DNA of 64,000 bases. Origin: Chrysomallon squamiferum (taxonomy: Eukaryota; Animalia; Mollusca). Both the position numbers and the translations under genes were made by a program. The notes beneath the pieces are model-generated. The model was not told the origin of the DNA, ran no database searches, and saw only the letters and a list, made by a program, of their open reading frames with translations. Positions 37,440 through 60,849 of this stretch are shown here, in pieces; the first letter of the stretch is position 1; every line of letters begins with the position of its first letter. Location of the stretch: the NCBI GenBank assembly GCA_012295275.1, contig CM022675.1, positions 12,958,001 through 13,022,000 of the forward strand, given 5' to 3'.

Positions 37440-38255
37440 TAACATTTGTATAATATTTGTGATATTAAGATGATAATGCACATAACTTTAATAATAATTA
37501 TGCTAGTTATATTCATACGTAGTTTACCTCTGATATAATACTTATAGCATACGTAACGTGGTAAGTATAACAGTACATATAGTACTTGCAACATGATGAT
37601 TATAATAATACATAAATTACTTTTGTAAATTACATATAATGTGATATTAGAAATACGTATGCTATTTATAATAATAATCCTTATTATGCTTGCATTATGA
37701 TAGTAATGCAAATTACGATAATATGTATTAATAACAATACTAGTAAAAGTAATTACATCGTTAATATAGTATGCAATATTTACAAAATGATAATTATATT
37801 TTCTAGTAATATTATGTATCAAATATATATATAAAATTAAACTTCTGCTTGTAATATATATTTTTTAATTATATGTATATTCGATATAATAGTTTTAATG
37901 AATGTCACTAATGAAGAGCCACTACTGTTATTGTGACAAGTTATGAATATGATGTAAACATGTAATTAATTGGAATTCTTTACTTACAATACATGTACTA
38001 TGTATGTCTGTCTAATTCTTTTCCATGGGTTAAAAGAAAAAAGCACAACACACGCGCTTAAATTCATAACCTACCAAATTTTATTTAGTCAGTAAAATGT
38101 TTTATTATTTCAGAAAGCATTTATAATGTTCGTCACAGAAATAAGAAAGTTTGCCATGAAAAAGCTTTAATAAAAAACAACTCACCTGAATCTTCAGCTA
38201 AGCAGAATGAAAACTGCAAGAAGAAACACAGAACTACAGTTCTGAAACAACCCAT
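29543..38255 (-). CDS. Secreted Tex31-like CAP-EGF-ShK-mucin protein, paralog 3 (~591 aa)
   Basis: Exons 38186-38255, 37309-37331, 36579-36734, 35655-35745, 35148-35299, 34699-34805, 34432-34532, 33407-33520, 32716-32823, 32064-32174, 31473-31892, 30650-30748, 29962-30066, 29543-29661. All GT-AG, 1776 nt, in frame. Confidence 0.93.
31480..31860 (-). repeat. 12-nt coding minisatellite encoding (TTTP)n mucin stalk
   Basis: About 30 units of acaactacgcca/actacaacgcca within exon 11 of paralog 3. Confidence 0.95.
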
Positions 38256-40620
38256 TTTTGTCTACCACAGAAAATAGCAGCTTGAAACAAATGTGCCTTA
38301 ACACTGTTTGATTTCGTATATTTAAAGAGATTTCAAAAGACATTTAAAATAAATTCTTTGTTTCACGTTCCTTTCATTTTGGAGTCCAGAACTTAAACTG
38401 AGACATTTTTTAGAAAATATAATTCTGTTTCTTAATAGTAATAATGATGTATTACCTAAAATGATGTTGGTAGCAAAAATAAACCAACTTAAATTAGTCT
38501 TTTGGTATCCAGAATCACAAATGTTTTCATGTTATGGCCTTTTAGCCCACGCTAAAAACAACGCAGGACCTACTGCAGAGAGAGAGAAAGGATGGTTTGA
38601 AAACAACAACATACGTGACAACATCTCGTGCAAATTAAATACACAAAGTTCATTCCCGTAAGTAAAATCAATTGTAGAGGTGATTTTCTTTTATGGAGAA
38701 AAAAAAAAAAAAAAACATTTTAAATTTCATGCAAAACATATTTTATTGTAATTATTATTATTGTAGTAATAGTAGTAATTGTTGCTATTGCTGTAATATT
38801 AATGGTAGTAGCAATAATAAGATTAGTAGTAGTAACAATAATATTAGCGATTGTGTTGTTGTTGTTTTTTTTTTTTTTTATTGTTATTATATTTGTTAAT
38901 TTGTGTTAGATTTCTTTTTTGTTTGTTTGTATATTTATTTATTTATTTTTAGAATTCATCCATCCATACATACATATTATGTATACATGCATACAATTAA
39001 TATTATAATTATTTTCCTTCTTTTTTTCTTTCTTTTTTTTTCTTTCGTATTGTTATTATTATTTTTGTTTTGACTTTTTATTCTTTCATTTTTCTTTTTA
39101 ATAAGTTTATATAGATTGTAGTGTTGATACTAGAGGTGGCTGTTTTAGTGGTAGCGTATTACAGCAATGGTTTTAGAAGCATTTGTATAGCAGTACTATT
39201 AGAGTTGTAATTCATATAAATAACCATTGTTTTCGACGATGATTTGTTAGGGAAATCTTTCTTCCTTTTTCGTTTGTGTGTGTGTCATTGACTATCATTA
39301 TTATTTCATAATTATTATTATATTTTTTATTAATATTTTACTTTACTTATAATATATTCATTTATTATTTCGTTAGATTTGTTTGTCTTTATGTTGCGGG
39401 GTCAATTTTCTGTAAAGCAAATCTCTCAACAGCTGTTTCGCCACAGAAAGCAATGAATTCGAACAGTAAATTCAATTAAGATAAAATCTATCTCTTCTGA
39501 CCGTATTGTTTCGAACAGTGATGTACTTTGATGAGTTTCATTTCACTGACGCATAAAAAGTTTTATCACAAGTTACTGTAACCTATCAATTCATCATATT
39601 AATTTCTGAACACTATTTAATATGCTTATTCAAAATACATTTACTTGTAATCTGATTTCTGATGAATCTGTCAGCTGCTTAGCATGTTTCTAACAAAAGT
39701 TAGCTCTGTATTCCTCCAAGAAGATAGCACTTCACTGAGGTGAAACCCTGTGTGCAAGACTACTTCACGTCCTATAAGTGAAATGATACAGATTCACTAA
39801 CACCAGAAGAATCATAAACACCTCAGGTCTTCCACTAATTGTGGTGTTACTACCAATAATGGTTATTTTTGACTTTGCGGGTTTCTTCCTACACTTTGAA
39901 TTAAAGGTAGGTGTCTTTCACATTCATGGGACCTTTTAATTTATCTCTAAGATAAGACTGACAAATAAGACATCAACTTGAAGTAATTCTGGAGTTAGAA
40001 ATTAAGACGAATAATCTCACATTGCAAACACAAAAACCATTTGGAATAAATGTTGCATTGGGCATATTTTTATAGATAATGAGAAGGATAACTTTCGAAA
40101 TAGTTTTTAAATAGTTTAATTGATTTTAGAATATATTTTATTCTTCTAGAAGTGTATTTGTGTACACACCTTTAATGCTTCTGAATATTATTTTTAAATA
40201 TTTTATGTTTGTGAACAAATGTATTTCATATAGGATGACAAAGTAATACATACGTAGCCGAAAACACAGTAAGATAATTAAATTTAAAATTAAAGGGACC
40301 AAATACACACACACACACACACACACACACGCACGCACGCACGCACACACAGAGCAAATGATAGCGCCGTCATTTCTGTGGGAGAAATTTTCTAAATAAC
40401 AAAGTTTAATTATTTTCCACACAGATGAAACAGAAGCACGTGTTTACTTACCAGGTGTGAACCCACGATATCAAATGTGTGTGCGTGGATACCTGCGTTC
40501 AGCAGGTGGCAGGAGTTAATCAAATACGTGGAGATTTTCATTTTATGACTATAATAAATTTTGATCTGATTAGAACAGTTATATCCAGACGACCATACTA
40601 TCACGTACACTGTGCTATCG

Positions 40621-40651
<31 letters not shown>

Positions 40652-40682
40652 AACTACTACTACTACTACTACTACTACTACA

Positions 40683-40728
<46 letters not shown>

Positions 40729-41146
40729 TTATCGCAACCACAACACTTTCGTCGCCTTTTTTGTGTTATTTAAATAATTTGTTTTGATAAAATAAGAAAA
40801 TGTTTGACAAATGAAATAATTAAACACACACAACTGTTTTTGTGTGCTTAGAATTAAATTTAACTACTGCTTAAATGGTCAGTACTGTTTCGACATCTAT
40901 TTCTATTAGTACTACTTCTCCCACTTCTTCTACCACTATTACTACTACTGCTTTTACTGCTACTACAACAACTATTACTACTATTCCATATCCTACTAGT
41001 TTGTACTAGGTTTAACACTAGATGTGATTGTTGTAATGGTAGAGTAAAATATCATTAGTGTGAGTAATGAGAGTGTTAGAAGCATTAGTTGTTATGATAA
41101 TAGAAATATTTCTTGTTCTGGGAGGGGGGTAGGTTACGTTTTCTTT

Positions 41147-41181
<35 letters not shown>

Positions 41182-41702
41182 CATTTTCTCCCTCTGTCTC
41201 TTTGTTGTTATTGCAATTCTTCAACACTTGTTATTATTTTATTTTATTTTATTTTATTTTATTTTATTTTATTTATTTCATTTGTATATTTATTTATTAC
41301 TTTATTAATGTTTAGCTTTACTGACATTCATCTGATTTTTTTTTTTATCTAGTTCTTTGTTGGTTTTGGTGCTGAGGGGAGTGGGTTTGATCTGTTTTAT
41401 TGGAAAGCAAATATAAAAGTCAATGATGGTGACATCTGTTTCGCCACACAAAGAAATTAATTTGAACGGCAAATTAAAATAAAGATGAAATCTGTCTTTT
41501 CTGACCTTTTTGTTTCGAGAAATTGATTAATTTCAGTTCAGTCACGTTTAAAACGTGTTATCGGTTGTTGTATTTTCTGTGCGTATGTGTGTAATTGTTT
41601 TGTTTCGAGAAATTGATTAATTTCAGTTCAGTCACGTTTAAAACGTTTTATCGTTTGTTGTATTTTCTGTGTGTATGAGTGTATTTGAGCGTCAATGGTT
41701 TT

Positions 41703-41768
<66 letters not shown>

Positions 41769-42200
41769 GGAGGCCTTGTTTGCTTTTTCTCCTTTGTTGT
41801 TTTTTTGTTGTTTTAGTTTGGGCAATCATTGCTGAATCTGTATATGTATCTTAATGGAAATGTATATGTGTAGCTGTACATAATGTCAGTGTACTTGTGT
41901 ATAATACCTGACTACTTGTATATACGAGTTCATTTATATATCTGTATACGTATATATGTAATATCTGTATCCGTGATAATTATGTGTATGTGCGTGGATA
42001 ATAATAATATATGTAGACATGTACAACAGTATGTGTACCTGTAAATAATTACTGTGTTTCTGTGTGTATGTGTGCATATGTGTCATATTTGATTATTATA
42101 ACGAACTGTGCTCCAGAACCTCAACACTGCGAACTGATATTAATTTACGAAAAGGCTTTTTGCAGTATAATAAATTATAATTTACTAACCAGATAACATA

Positions 42201-42270
<70 letters not shown>

Positions 42271-43718
42271 GATGAATATTATTGGCTGATAATCCAAGAT
42301 GGCGACAATTTTTAAAGGTGGCCTTCAAGTTATTCTCCTGAAGTTGACTTTTAATAATATTTGTATTTGTGTGATTTGCCCGATCTAAGCTACGCTCATC
42401 TACGGAAGATCGGTAGAACCAGCAGAGACTGAGCAGTTACACTGGATCGAGTTTGTGGAACTCAGTCCCAAGTAACACCAGGAAGGCTAAAACAACAACC
42501 AATCATTTAATAAAATAAAACAAAATTCTTATTAAAACAAAAGAAACCAAAACAGAAATAAAAGGTGTTTTTTTTTTTTTTTTGTAATTATAGACAGGGA
42601 AAAAAAAGGGTTATCCCTCCCTATCTAATATTTATACCATTATACCATACTGAATGATGTCAACATATATATATACATGTACAAAAAACAAGAAATTAAC
42701 TTATTATAATGGAAACGAAAATTGGTCACTTTATTTCAGTTAGATTAGTAAAAACTGACCAAGAGTGTTACTTCAAGCAAAACGAAAATAAAATTAAAAT
42801 GTAACTTTTAACAGTGTAGTTAAACTCGTAACTACATTGAATGGTTATTTTCATTTTCTTGTTTTATAATAGATTTGTGAGAAAAGTCATTTACTTAGGG
42901 GGCTATAATGGTATGAATTCTGGATTTTACTTATCTATTATAAACTAGGATTTCAGATTTCAGAGCCTATTGTATTCTCCAGTAAGGCTTAAGATAGATT
43001 TATTTTCTTTATCCATTTTCTTATTTGGGTTTTTACTTTAAAATAAAATAATAAGAAATAAAAATTGAAAAGTAAATTCATTAAATGTCGTGATTAAAAT
43101 AAAAACTACTTAGAATTTCATTTCTTTCACTTTGATTTGTTTCTGTTTTGGACGGATTCCCAATCTCTTCAGAAGGGCAAACCAAATCCTGCGTCAATGC
43201 ACTTCAGAAATTAGTTAACCTTTTTACTCCCCATCTTTTAGAATTGAAAATAAATTTATCATCAGCGTAATGCAGCAGCGTTCAATAACACAATCTGGAT
43301 ATTAATTATACTAATTCTATTCAACGGTTCCTGTCTGAAAATTTCAACTAAAATCTGGTGTTCAAGAATGTCGTTTAGCTATGACTCAGTCTTTCGTTCA
43401 AATTCAGCTTTATTTCAAAATGGATTGATCTCCACTCGATTAATTTAACTGCCAGCTATTCACTCTGAGTCGAATCGATGGTTCAACGAGACAATAACAG
43501 AAAGTATTGTTACTAGAAACATACACTTACATATAGATACAAATACACACACCCTCCTTACAAATGACAAATACGAAAGCCTCTGCAGTATAGTCAAAGA
43601 CTATTAAATTTTATTGCACAGTTTCATTTGGCATTGTATATAATAAAAGTGCGTGAAAGAATTATCAAATTTAGGAAATCAAGTTTTGCACGCGTAATGT
43701 GTTCTTTATCGTTACTTC

Positions 43719-50953
<7,235 letters not shown>

Positions 50954-53900
50954 GACAGAAATCAGTCGTACCGTACGAAATCCTACAATAATCTGAGCCC
51001 AAGTATTATCTGTTTAATACAGTTTTTGCGTCACTAGTGGTGAAGCGAAATAAAAATGCTGATCTGCGTCGTAAATATTAATAATTCAACATCACTGACA
51101 TATCGTGTTGCTGCCAAAAGATCAATTATGATGATTTTTTTCACCGAAAAATTAAATATTACTAACACAGTAAAAAGCTTTGCATGTATGAACAAGAAAA
51201 AAAAAATACAGTTTTTATTTATGCGCTAAATATAATACTGCTGCATAATAAGAGCAGAATTTGGTTTAAAAATCCGGCAGTCGTAATAACGGATAAAATA
51301 TTTGAGTCGTAATACAAATAACAGGATTGTAGATATAACAGGTGACATGAGACAACAAATAGGATATGTTACTCAGAACTGTTGAAAGGATAGGTCATAT
51401 AGGACTGTTGATGGGCTAGGCTACACAGGATCGCAGCTGTATAGGACTGTTGATTTTAGATAGGATGGTTTTCGTAGGAATAAAAAGAATAAAAAGACAG
51501 GACTTAAGACAGGCTAGATTACACAAAACAGTAGACAGGATAGGCCTTTGTTGAAGCTACAGTTTTACAATTAAGAACTGCTGGAAAGTTGGCAACTCGA
51601 CTTTGAAATACGCCAGCAGAAAATGTTCCTTTTTGACAGGACAGAAATCTGCAATAAAATATGCTGATTCCGTCTCCCATTTTGTTGGTCTGTGAAATGT
51701 TGTGAGATTTCATTGTTTATCTTTTATGAAATAAGCTGCAATGTAATCCCCTATTTTTCATCATTTGCTGTGTTTGACTGCTTTACTAACATATAACAAC
51801 AGGTGCGGGCACAGTGAGTTGACCACGTTCAAATCAGAAAGGCTGGAGAAATAAAAAATTGAAATTTAATTAGAGAAAATAAGTAAATAAACATTATAAT
51901 ACACATTTGTTTAACAGACATTTGACATCTGTATCTGAAGTGCATGTAAAAATGACACACACTCACACACACACACACACACACATTCACACACATACAC
52001 ACATATATAACAGACATATATTCTGATAGATAAAAAAAACAAAAACATTTAAAACATTAATAATAATTTATGATTTATTAACCACACCAGCCAAATTGTA
52101 TTTTTGTGCTAAAACAATCGGCTAGATTTTAAGCCTGAAGCATGGATTTATAGTCATGTCAGTTTCACCAAAACGTAAATATAACGACTGATGTCCTGTA
52201 AGGGTACTGATCAATTAGGCCATGTTACACCATTCAGCAAAAGTAAATTTCTCAGAGACAGATGATGTTGTTGACCATGTTAATATAAAAGCCTGCTGGA
52301 CACTTCTTTAATAAGCAGTCTCTGCTTTAACTGAAATGATCTCCAGAAAGTCTTCATGCTACAGATCTGATCTGTAGGAAAATCTTTCTCCGATGATCAG
52401 CTGTGAAGTTCAGATAGACTCAGGTAACTAATTTTACTTCTTTTTTTTTTTTTTTTTCAAGAAACAGACATGAGTGAGATCTCAAACTTCAGAGATAACC
52501 TGAAGAGTGACGTCAAGATCCGGGAATTAAAGGGAGAAAGGAACTTAAATTCAGACTTGAAAGAGAAATCTCAACAAGACTCGGACGTTAAAGAGAGATC
52601 TACGGTAATGGATAAGAGAAATATCCTGCATATTATGATAGAAACATCAAATCTGACACAGTTTTTCTCCAGTAGATTAAAATCAAATGCATTTTGAAAA
52701 TCAAAAATGGCGGCCATTTTTCAAGATGGTCTTCGAGTTATTCTCCAGAAGTTGATTTTTTTGGTAATATTTGTAACAAAAATTATCTTATTATAATGGA
52801 AAGGAAAATCTGTCACTTTATTTCAGTTAGATTAGTAAAAACTGACCACGAGTGTAACTTCAAGCAAAACGAAAATAAATTTAAAATGTAGCTTTTAACA
52901 GTGTAGTTAAATTCGTAACCATACTGAATAGATATTTTCATTTTCTTGTTTTAAATGACTTGATCAAACATCAGTCATTATGAAAAAAAAAGATGGATGT
53001 AATATTTGAAAGTACAAAAGAATTATTTTTATTACAACTACCAATATTACTTCTGCTACTATACAAATGATTTTAATGCTGTCATTACTAATACTACTGG
53101 TATTTTACGCTACCGGTACAATAACCACTTCTAGTCTATTACTACTACATCTGCTACACTAATAAAGGAAAAAAAAGATGAAATATTAAATACTGCTGTT
53201 TTATCTTTTCCATCTTTTTTGTTTTTTGTTTGTTCTTTTACTACTTTATGTATGTGCATATATACATATAGAGAAAGTAATTTGAATAAATGCTGTAGTT
53301 AATTTAAGAAGAACTATTTAGTTTAGCTTTATTTGGTAAACAGAATGTGTAATAACACAGAGCTTCAGCTCAGTAAAGTATTATCTTCTTAGAGATATTT
53401 TTAGTTACTGGCAGATTCATCAGAAACGAAATTAGAAATACAGCTTCATATCTTTGTAATCATTTTCAATAACAGTAACAAAAATTGTTAAAATATTAAA
53501 TAGGCGCAACATGGTAAAATTGATATTTGTAAAATGACGTGTCAGACAGTGTTTAATAAACGTGACTGAACTCAAATTCATCTCTGTATATCCCTTCTCG
53601 ATAGAAAGGTCAGGACACACAGATTTTGCCTTCAATTTAATTTAGTTTTCATACTGTGATGAAACAGATGCTGTGTTTAAAACACTGACAAAAAAAAAAA
53701 AAGACACGTGCAACAATAAAGAATAAATAAAAAAGATATATATGTTTGTAAAATCACAATAAAAACGAAGAAACAAAAAAAAAAATAAAAACCTAAAAAT
53801 ACCCCCCAACAATACAACAACAAAATACAGTTATAATTATAAAAAGAAAACAACTATCTTTAATTTAAAAGCTAGAAAATATGCACAAACTCTGAAACGA

Positions 53901-54440
53901 CCACCACTGGTACAAAGGCCACAATTAGTGAAATATATGAAGTGTTTATGATTCTTCTGGTGTTAGTGAATCTATATCATTTCATTTACAGGATGTGAAG
54001 TAGTCTTGCACACAGGGTTTCAGCTCAGTGAAGTGTTATCTTCTTGGAGGAATACAGAGCTAACTTTTGTTAGAAACATGTTAAGCAGCTGAGAGATTAA
54101 CCAGAAACTAGATTACAAGTAAATGTATTTTGAGAAAGTGAATTTTTTTATAAACTTATTAAACGTTGTTCAGAAATTAACAACTTGGTAAATTTCTACA
54201 TTTGTAAAGAGCCGTGACATAAAACATTTTAAACGTGACTCAACTGAAATTAATCTAATTCGTTTCTCGAATCAAAAACGTCAGAACAGAAAAAAATGTA
54301 TCTTTAGTTTAATTTGCCGTTCAAATTAATTTCTTTCTGTGGCGATACAGATGTTGAAGAACATTTACAGATATATCTGTTTTGAAGACAATCGACCGAA
54401 AAAAAAATCAAACGAATAATACATACGAGTAATGAACCGT

Positions 54441-54479
<39 letters not shown>

Positions 54480-54512
<33 letters not shown>

Positions 54513-55063
54513 TGTCATTATATGGAGAAGAAAAGAAACTAAACCTCAGAAAAAAAAATAATAAATAAAAAAATAAAAATAAACACCAAAATATATAAAG
54601 TATATTACTCTACCACTACAACCGCCACGTCTGTTGATATTACTACAACATCGACTACAGAAATAAAAGAATGAAAAAATTAAATATTAAATACTGTTCA
54701 GAAATTAATAGCATGATAAATTTACACATTTGTAAAGAAACGTGTCCTAAAACGTTTCAAACGTGACTAAACGCAAATTCGTCATTTTTAGAAACAAAGG
54801 TCAGAATATACAGATATTATCTAAAAACAATATCGAACCAAATAAGAAATGAATTCGTTTGCTGAATTAAATTAAAGATAAAATCTGATTACTACCATCT
54901 GTTAAACGCACATACGTGGTAACTCTCCAAGTAATTCTTTTTGATCAATTTTTTTTTTAAACTAAACCTTTTCACCTTGAAAATATCTTCTATAGAAATA
55001 TCGGGGTTCCCATTTTCTGTTATATATGTCTGTGCATCTGTACATATGTATGCAAGTATGTAA

Positions 55064-55105
<42 letters not shown>

Positions 55106-57342
55106 TACAACAACAAACACAAAAATAATAATAATCACAACATTACTAAATAAATAAAAAAGGAAATAAGATAAAAGTGATCATGAAGGTTGAGAATACA
55201 AAGAACAAAACAAAATCAAAATAAGAAAGCAAGAAACTATAAAAAAAAATGTTTATTACTTCTACTATTATTCTTGTTACTGCTACTACTACTATCATTC
55301 CAGTTACAACAAAAAAAAAAAAAAAAACAGCAACAACAACAACAACAACAATAATAATAATAATAATCATAATCATAATCTTAATAACAATAATAATAAT
55401 ATGCGTTTTCAATGAAATTTAAAATATTTTTCGTTTGACTGATTTGACTTAGGGTAATGGACTTTGTATATTTTAATTTGCACGAGATGTTTTATGTCAC
55501 ATATGTTATATTTTTCAGACCATCCCTTTATCTTTCTCAGCAGTAAATCCTACCTTGTTTTAAGCGTAGGCTCAAAGGCCATAACATGAAAACATTTGTG
55601 TTTTTGGAAAGTAAAGGCAAATTAATTCACTTTAATTATTCTTCTAACATTCTTTTTGGTACACCAGTGCGATATGCAGTTATATCGAGTAATCTTTCAA
55701 AGTAAATTGTTAATTTGACTTCTCTAATCTCTTGTAATGACTACTGTGTTTGGATTCACTTTTAATACTTCTGCGATTTCCTTGATCTAAGCGCGGATTC
55801 CTATGTTTTCGAGCCTGCTGGTGAGGATTTTCTTGTTTTCAAAGCCAACTTTAGTGATTGACTGCAATATGACTGCAATATGACTGCAATATGCTACGGA
55901 AGATTGTTACAGAGTCTTAGCAGTTATACTGCACCGAGTTCGTGGAACTGAGTCCCAGATAACATCAGGAAGGCTAAAACAACTTATTAATTAATTAATG
56001 ACATAAAATAAAATACTGTTATTATTTTAAACTTATTAAAACAAAAGAAACCGAAATAAAACCCATAAAAATGTTTTGTGTAATTATAGAAAAAAAAAAA
56101 AAAAAAAAAATGATTTACCCCCACCCATAGCAAATTTTTATACATTATCACATATTGAAGTCAGCATTACATACACGTGTGTATCATATTTTAAATATTA
56201 GAAAGGAAAGGAAAACCAGTATTTTATTTCAGTTAGATTAGTAAAAACTGACCATCGATGATACGTCTAGCAAAATAAAAATAAAATTAAAAGGTAACTT
56301 GAACTAGTGTAGTTAAATTCATAACTCTATTGAACAGTTTTTATTTAATTTTTTAATGTTAATGACATATCAAATATCATTACGGACGTATTATTCCAAT
56401 CGGAAACTGAAGTTACAAAATAACGTTTTGCAGTGATAAAGAGTACTTGCAAATATAGAAGAGAAAGAAACAAAATTATAATAGATCTGTGACAAAAATG
56501 ATTTTTTTAGAGGGCAATATTGGGGTGTTTTCTGTGTACATTATTATATTTTATTATTATTTATTTATTATCAAATAGGATTTCAGATCTCAGTGCCTCA
56601 CCCAGATGGAGGTAACAAATATATCTTTTGTGCTGTTATATTGTCCAATACGGTTTAATAGATTTATTTTTATCTATATGTGTTTTTATATATATGTGTT
56701 TTCAAAGAAAACCAAAAATTAATGTGCTGTTCAAGAGAGTCATTTAGAAGTCACACAGTCCTTTTTTCTTTTTTTTTTCAAAAATAACTGGTCTCCCTAA
56801 GACAATTAATTTAACTTGTCATCAGAATTTTTTTGCGATCTAGAAAAATGTTTCCACGTGTTAGCTCTTTATGTTTTTATCTGGGTCAACCCTTTCTTTC
56901 TGTTGTCTACTCTTTGTTTGCTACAAAATATCGTGTATTAATTCTTTAATGACACATATTATTTAGTATGTCACAGCTTACTACACGTTTGCTGTGTGTG
57001 TTTTATGTTCAGTTCTCTGAAAGATGTTGATGTTATTTACATACATAACAAAGTCGAGGAAGCAGAAATGGTAATGTTAGTATCAACTGTTAGACCGAAA
57101 GTGTTTCGACTACATATGTCTTAGAGAACGTTCAGACCTGTTTGCACGTGCATCCTCACGTGATCCATACACATATGTTCTGTGTCATTTCCGATTTTGA
57201 CAGTTTCGAAGAAGGTCGATTAACTACAGTGAAATATTGGTTCTCTCAACCTTTTTTGCATTCTATTAATGGCAATAATAATAATTACTAATAATAATAA
57301 TGAAATAATAATGATAATAATAACAATAATAGCAATTTTATT

Positions 57343-57383
<41 letters not shown>

Positions 57384-57936
57384 TGTCATTATATGGAGAA
57401 GAGAAGAAACTAAACCTCAGAAAAAAAAAAAAAAATAAAAATAAAAATAAACACCAAAATATATAAAGTATATTGCTCTACCACTACAACCGCCACATCT
57501 GTTGATATTACTACAACATCTACTACAGAAATAAAAGAATGAAAAAATTAAATATTAAATATTGTTCAGAAACTAATAGCATGATAAATTTACACATTTG
57601 TAAAGAAACGTGTCCTAAAACGTTTCAAACGTGACTAAACGCAAATTCATCATTTTTTAGAAACAAAGGTCAGAATATACAGATATTATCTAAAAACAAT
57701 ATCGAACCAAATAAGAAATGAATTCGTTTGCTGAATTAAATTAAAGATAAAATCTGATTGCTACCATCTGTTAAACGCACATACGTGGTAACTCTCCAAG
57801 TAATTCTTTTTGATCAATTTTTTTTTTTTAAACTAAACCTTTTCACCTTGAAAATATCTTCTATAGAAATATCGGGGTTCCCATTTTCTGTTATATATGT
57901 CTGTGCATCTGTACATATGTATGCAAGTAATGTAAA

Positions 57937-57989
<53 letters not shown>

Positions 57990-60232
57990 TACAACAACAA
58001 ACACAAAAATAATAATAATCACAACATTACTAAATAAATAAAAAAGGAAATAAGATAAAAGTGATCATGAAGGTTGAGAATACAAAGAACAAAACAAAAT
58101 CAAAATAAGAAAGCAAGAAACTATAAAAAAAATGTTTATTACTTCTACTATTATTCTTGTTACTGCTACTACTACTATCATTTCAGTTACAAAAACAAAA
58201 ACAAAAACAAAAACAGCAACAACAACAACAACAACAATAATAATAATCATAATCATAATCTTAATAACAATAATAATAATATGCGTTTTCAATGAAATTT
58301 AAAATATTTTTCGTTTGACTGATTTGACTTAGGGTAATGGACTTTGTATATTTTAATTTGCACGAGATGTTTTATGTCACATATGTTATATTTTTCAGAC
58401 CATCCCTTTATCTTTCTCAGCAGTAAATCCTACCTTGTTTTAAGCGTAGGCTCAAAGGCCATAACATGAAAACATTTGTGTTTTTGGAAAGTAAAGGCAA
58501 ATTAATTCACTTTAATTATTCTTCTAACATTCTTTTTGGTACACCAGTGCGATATGCAGTTATATCGAGTAATCTTTCAAAGTAAATTGTTAATTTGACT
58601 TCTCTAATCTCTTGTAATGACTACTGTGTTTGGATTCACTTTTAATACTTCTGCGATTTCCTTGATCTAAGCGCGGATTCCTATGTTTTCGAGCCTGCTG
58701 GTGAGGATTTTCTTGTTTTCAAAGCCAACTTTAGTGATTGACTGCAATATGACTGCAATATGACTGCAATATGCTACGGAAGATTGTTACAGAGTCTTAG
58801 CAGTTATACTGCACCGAGTTCGTGGAACTGAGTCCCAGATAACATCAGGAAGGCTAAAACAACTTATTAATTAATTAATGACATAAAATAAAATACTGTT
58901 ATTATTTTAAACTTATTAAAACAAAAGAAACCGAAATAAAACCCATAAAAATGTTTTGTGTAATTATAGAAAATCTAAAAAAAAAAAAAAAAAAAAAAAA
59001 AATGATTTACCCCCACCCATAGCAAATTTTTATACATTATCACATATTGAAGTCAGCATTACATACACGTGTGTATCATATTTTAAATATTAGAAAGGAA
59101 AGGAAAACCAGTATTTTATTTCAGTTAGATTAGTAAAAACTGACCATCGATGATACGTCTAGCAAAATAAAAATAAAATTAAAAGGTAACTTGAACTAGT
59201 GTAGTTAAATTCATAACTCTGTTGAACAGTTTTTATTTATTTAATTTTTTAATGTTAATGACATATCAAATATCATTACGGACGTATTATTCCAATCGGA
59301 AACTGAAGTTACAAAATAACGTTTTGCAGTGATAAAGAGTACTTGCAAATATGGAAGAGAAAGAAACAAAATTATAATAGATCTGTGACAAAAATGATTT
59401 TTTTAGAGGGCAATATTGGGGTGTTTTCTGTGTACATTATTATATTTTATTATTATTTATTTATTATCAAATAGGATTTCAGATCTCAGTGCCTCACGCA
59501 GGTGGAGGTAACAAATATGTCTTTTGTGCTGTTATATTGTCCAATACGGTTTAATAGATTTATTTTTATCTATATGTGTTTTTATATATGTGTGTTTTCA
59601 AAGAAAACCAAAAATTAATGTGCTGTTCAAGAGAGTCATTTAGAAGTCACACAGTCCTTTTTTCTTTTTTTTTCAAAAATAACTGGTCTTCCTAAGACAA
59701 TTAATTTAATTTGTCATCAGAATTTTTTTGCAATCTAGAAAAATGATTCCACGTGTTAGCTCTTTATGTTTTTATCTGGGTCAACCCTTTCTTTCTGTTG
59801 TCTACTCTTTGTTTGCTACAAAATATCGTGTATTAATTCTTTAATGACACATATTATTTAGTATGTCACAGCTTACTACACGTTTGCTGTGTGTGTTTTA
59901 TGTTCAGTTCTCTGAAAGATGTTGATGTTATTTACATACATAACAAAGTCGAGGAAGTAAAAACAGTAATGTTAGTATCAACTGTTAGACCGAGCGTGTT
60001 TCGACTACATATGTCTTAGAGAACGTTCAGACCTGTTTGCACGTGCATCCTCACGTGATCCGTACACATGTGTTCTGTGTCATTTCCGATTTTGACAGTT
60101 TCGAAGAAGGTCGATTAACTACAGTGAAACATTGGTTCTCTCAACCTTTTTTGCATTCTATTAATGGCAATAATAATAATTACTAATAATGATAATGAAA
60201 TAATAATGATAATAATAACAATAATAGCAATT

Positions 60233-60267
<35 letters not shown>

Positions 60268-60817
60268 TGTCATTATATGGAGAAGAGAAGAAACTAAACC
60301 TCAGAAAAAAAAAAAAATAAAAATAAAAAATAAACACCAAAATATATAAAGTATTTTACTCTACCACTACAACCGCCATGTCTGTTGATATTACTACAAC
60401 ATCTACTACAGTAATAAAAGAATGAAAAAATTAAATATTAAATATTGTTCAGAAATTAATAACATGATCAATTCATACATTTGTAAAGAAACGTGTCCTA
60501 AAACGTTTCAAATGTGACTAAACGCAAATTCATCATTTTTAGAAACAAAGGTCAGAATATACAGATATTATCTAAAAACAACATCGAACCAAATAAGAAA
60601 TGAATTCGTTTGCTGTATTAAATTAAAGATAAAATCTGATTGCTACCATCTGTTAAACGCACATACGTGGTAACTCTGCAAGTAATTCTTTTTGATCAAT
60701 TTTTTTTTTTAAACTAAACCTTTTCACCTTGAAAATATCTTCTATAGAAATATCGGGGTTCCCATTTTCTGTTATATATGTCTGTGCATCTGTACATATG
60801 TATGCAAGTAATGTAAA

Positions 60818-60849
<32 letters not shown>

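Noticed and set aside
51300-51560. Loose ataggactgtt repeats upstream of gene 4, possibly a transposon end
   Set aside because: Too degenerate; no TIR pair or target-site duplication found
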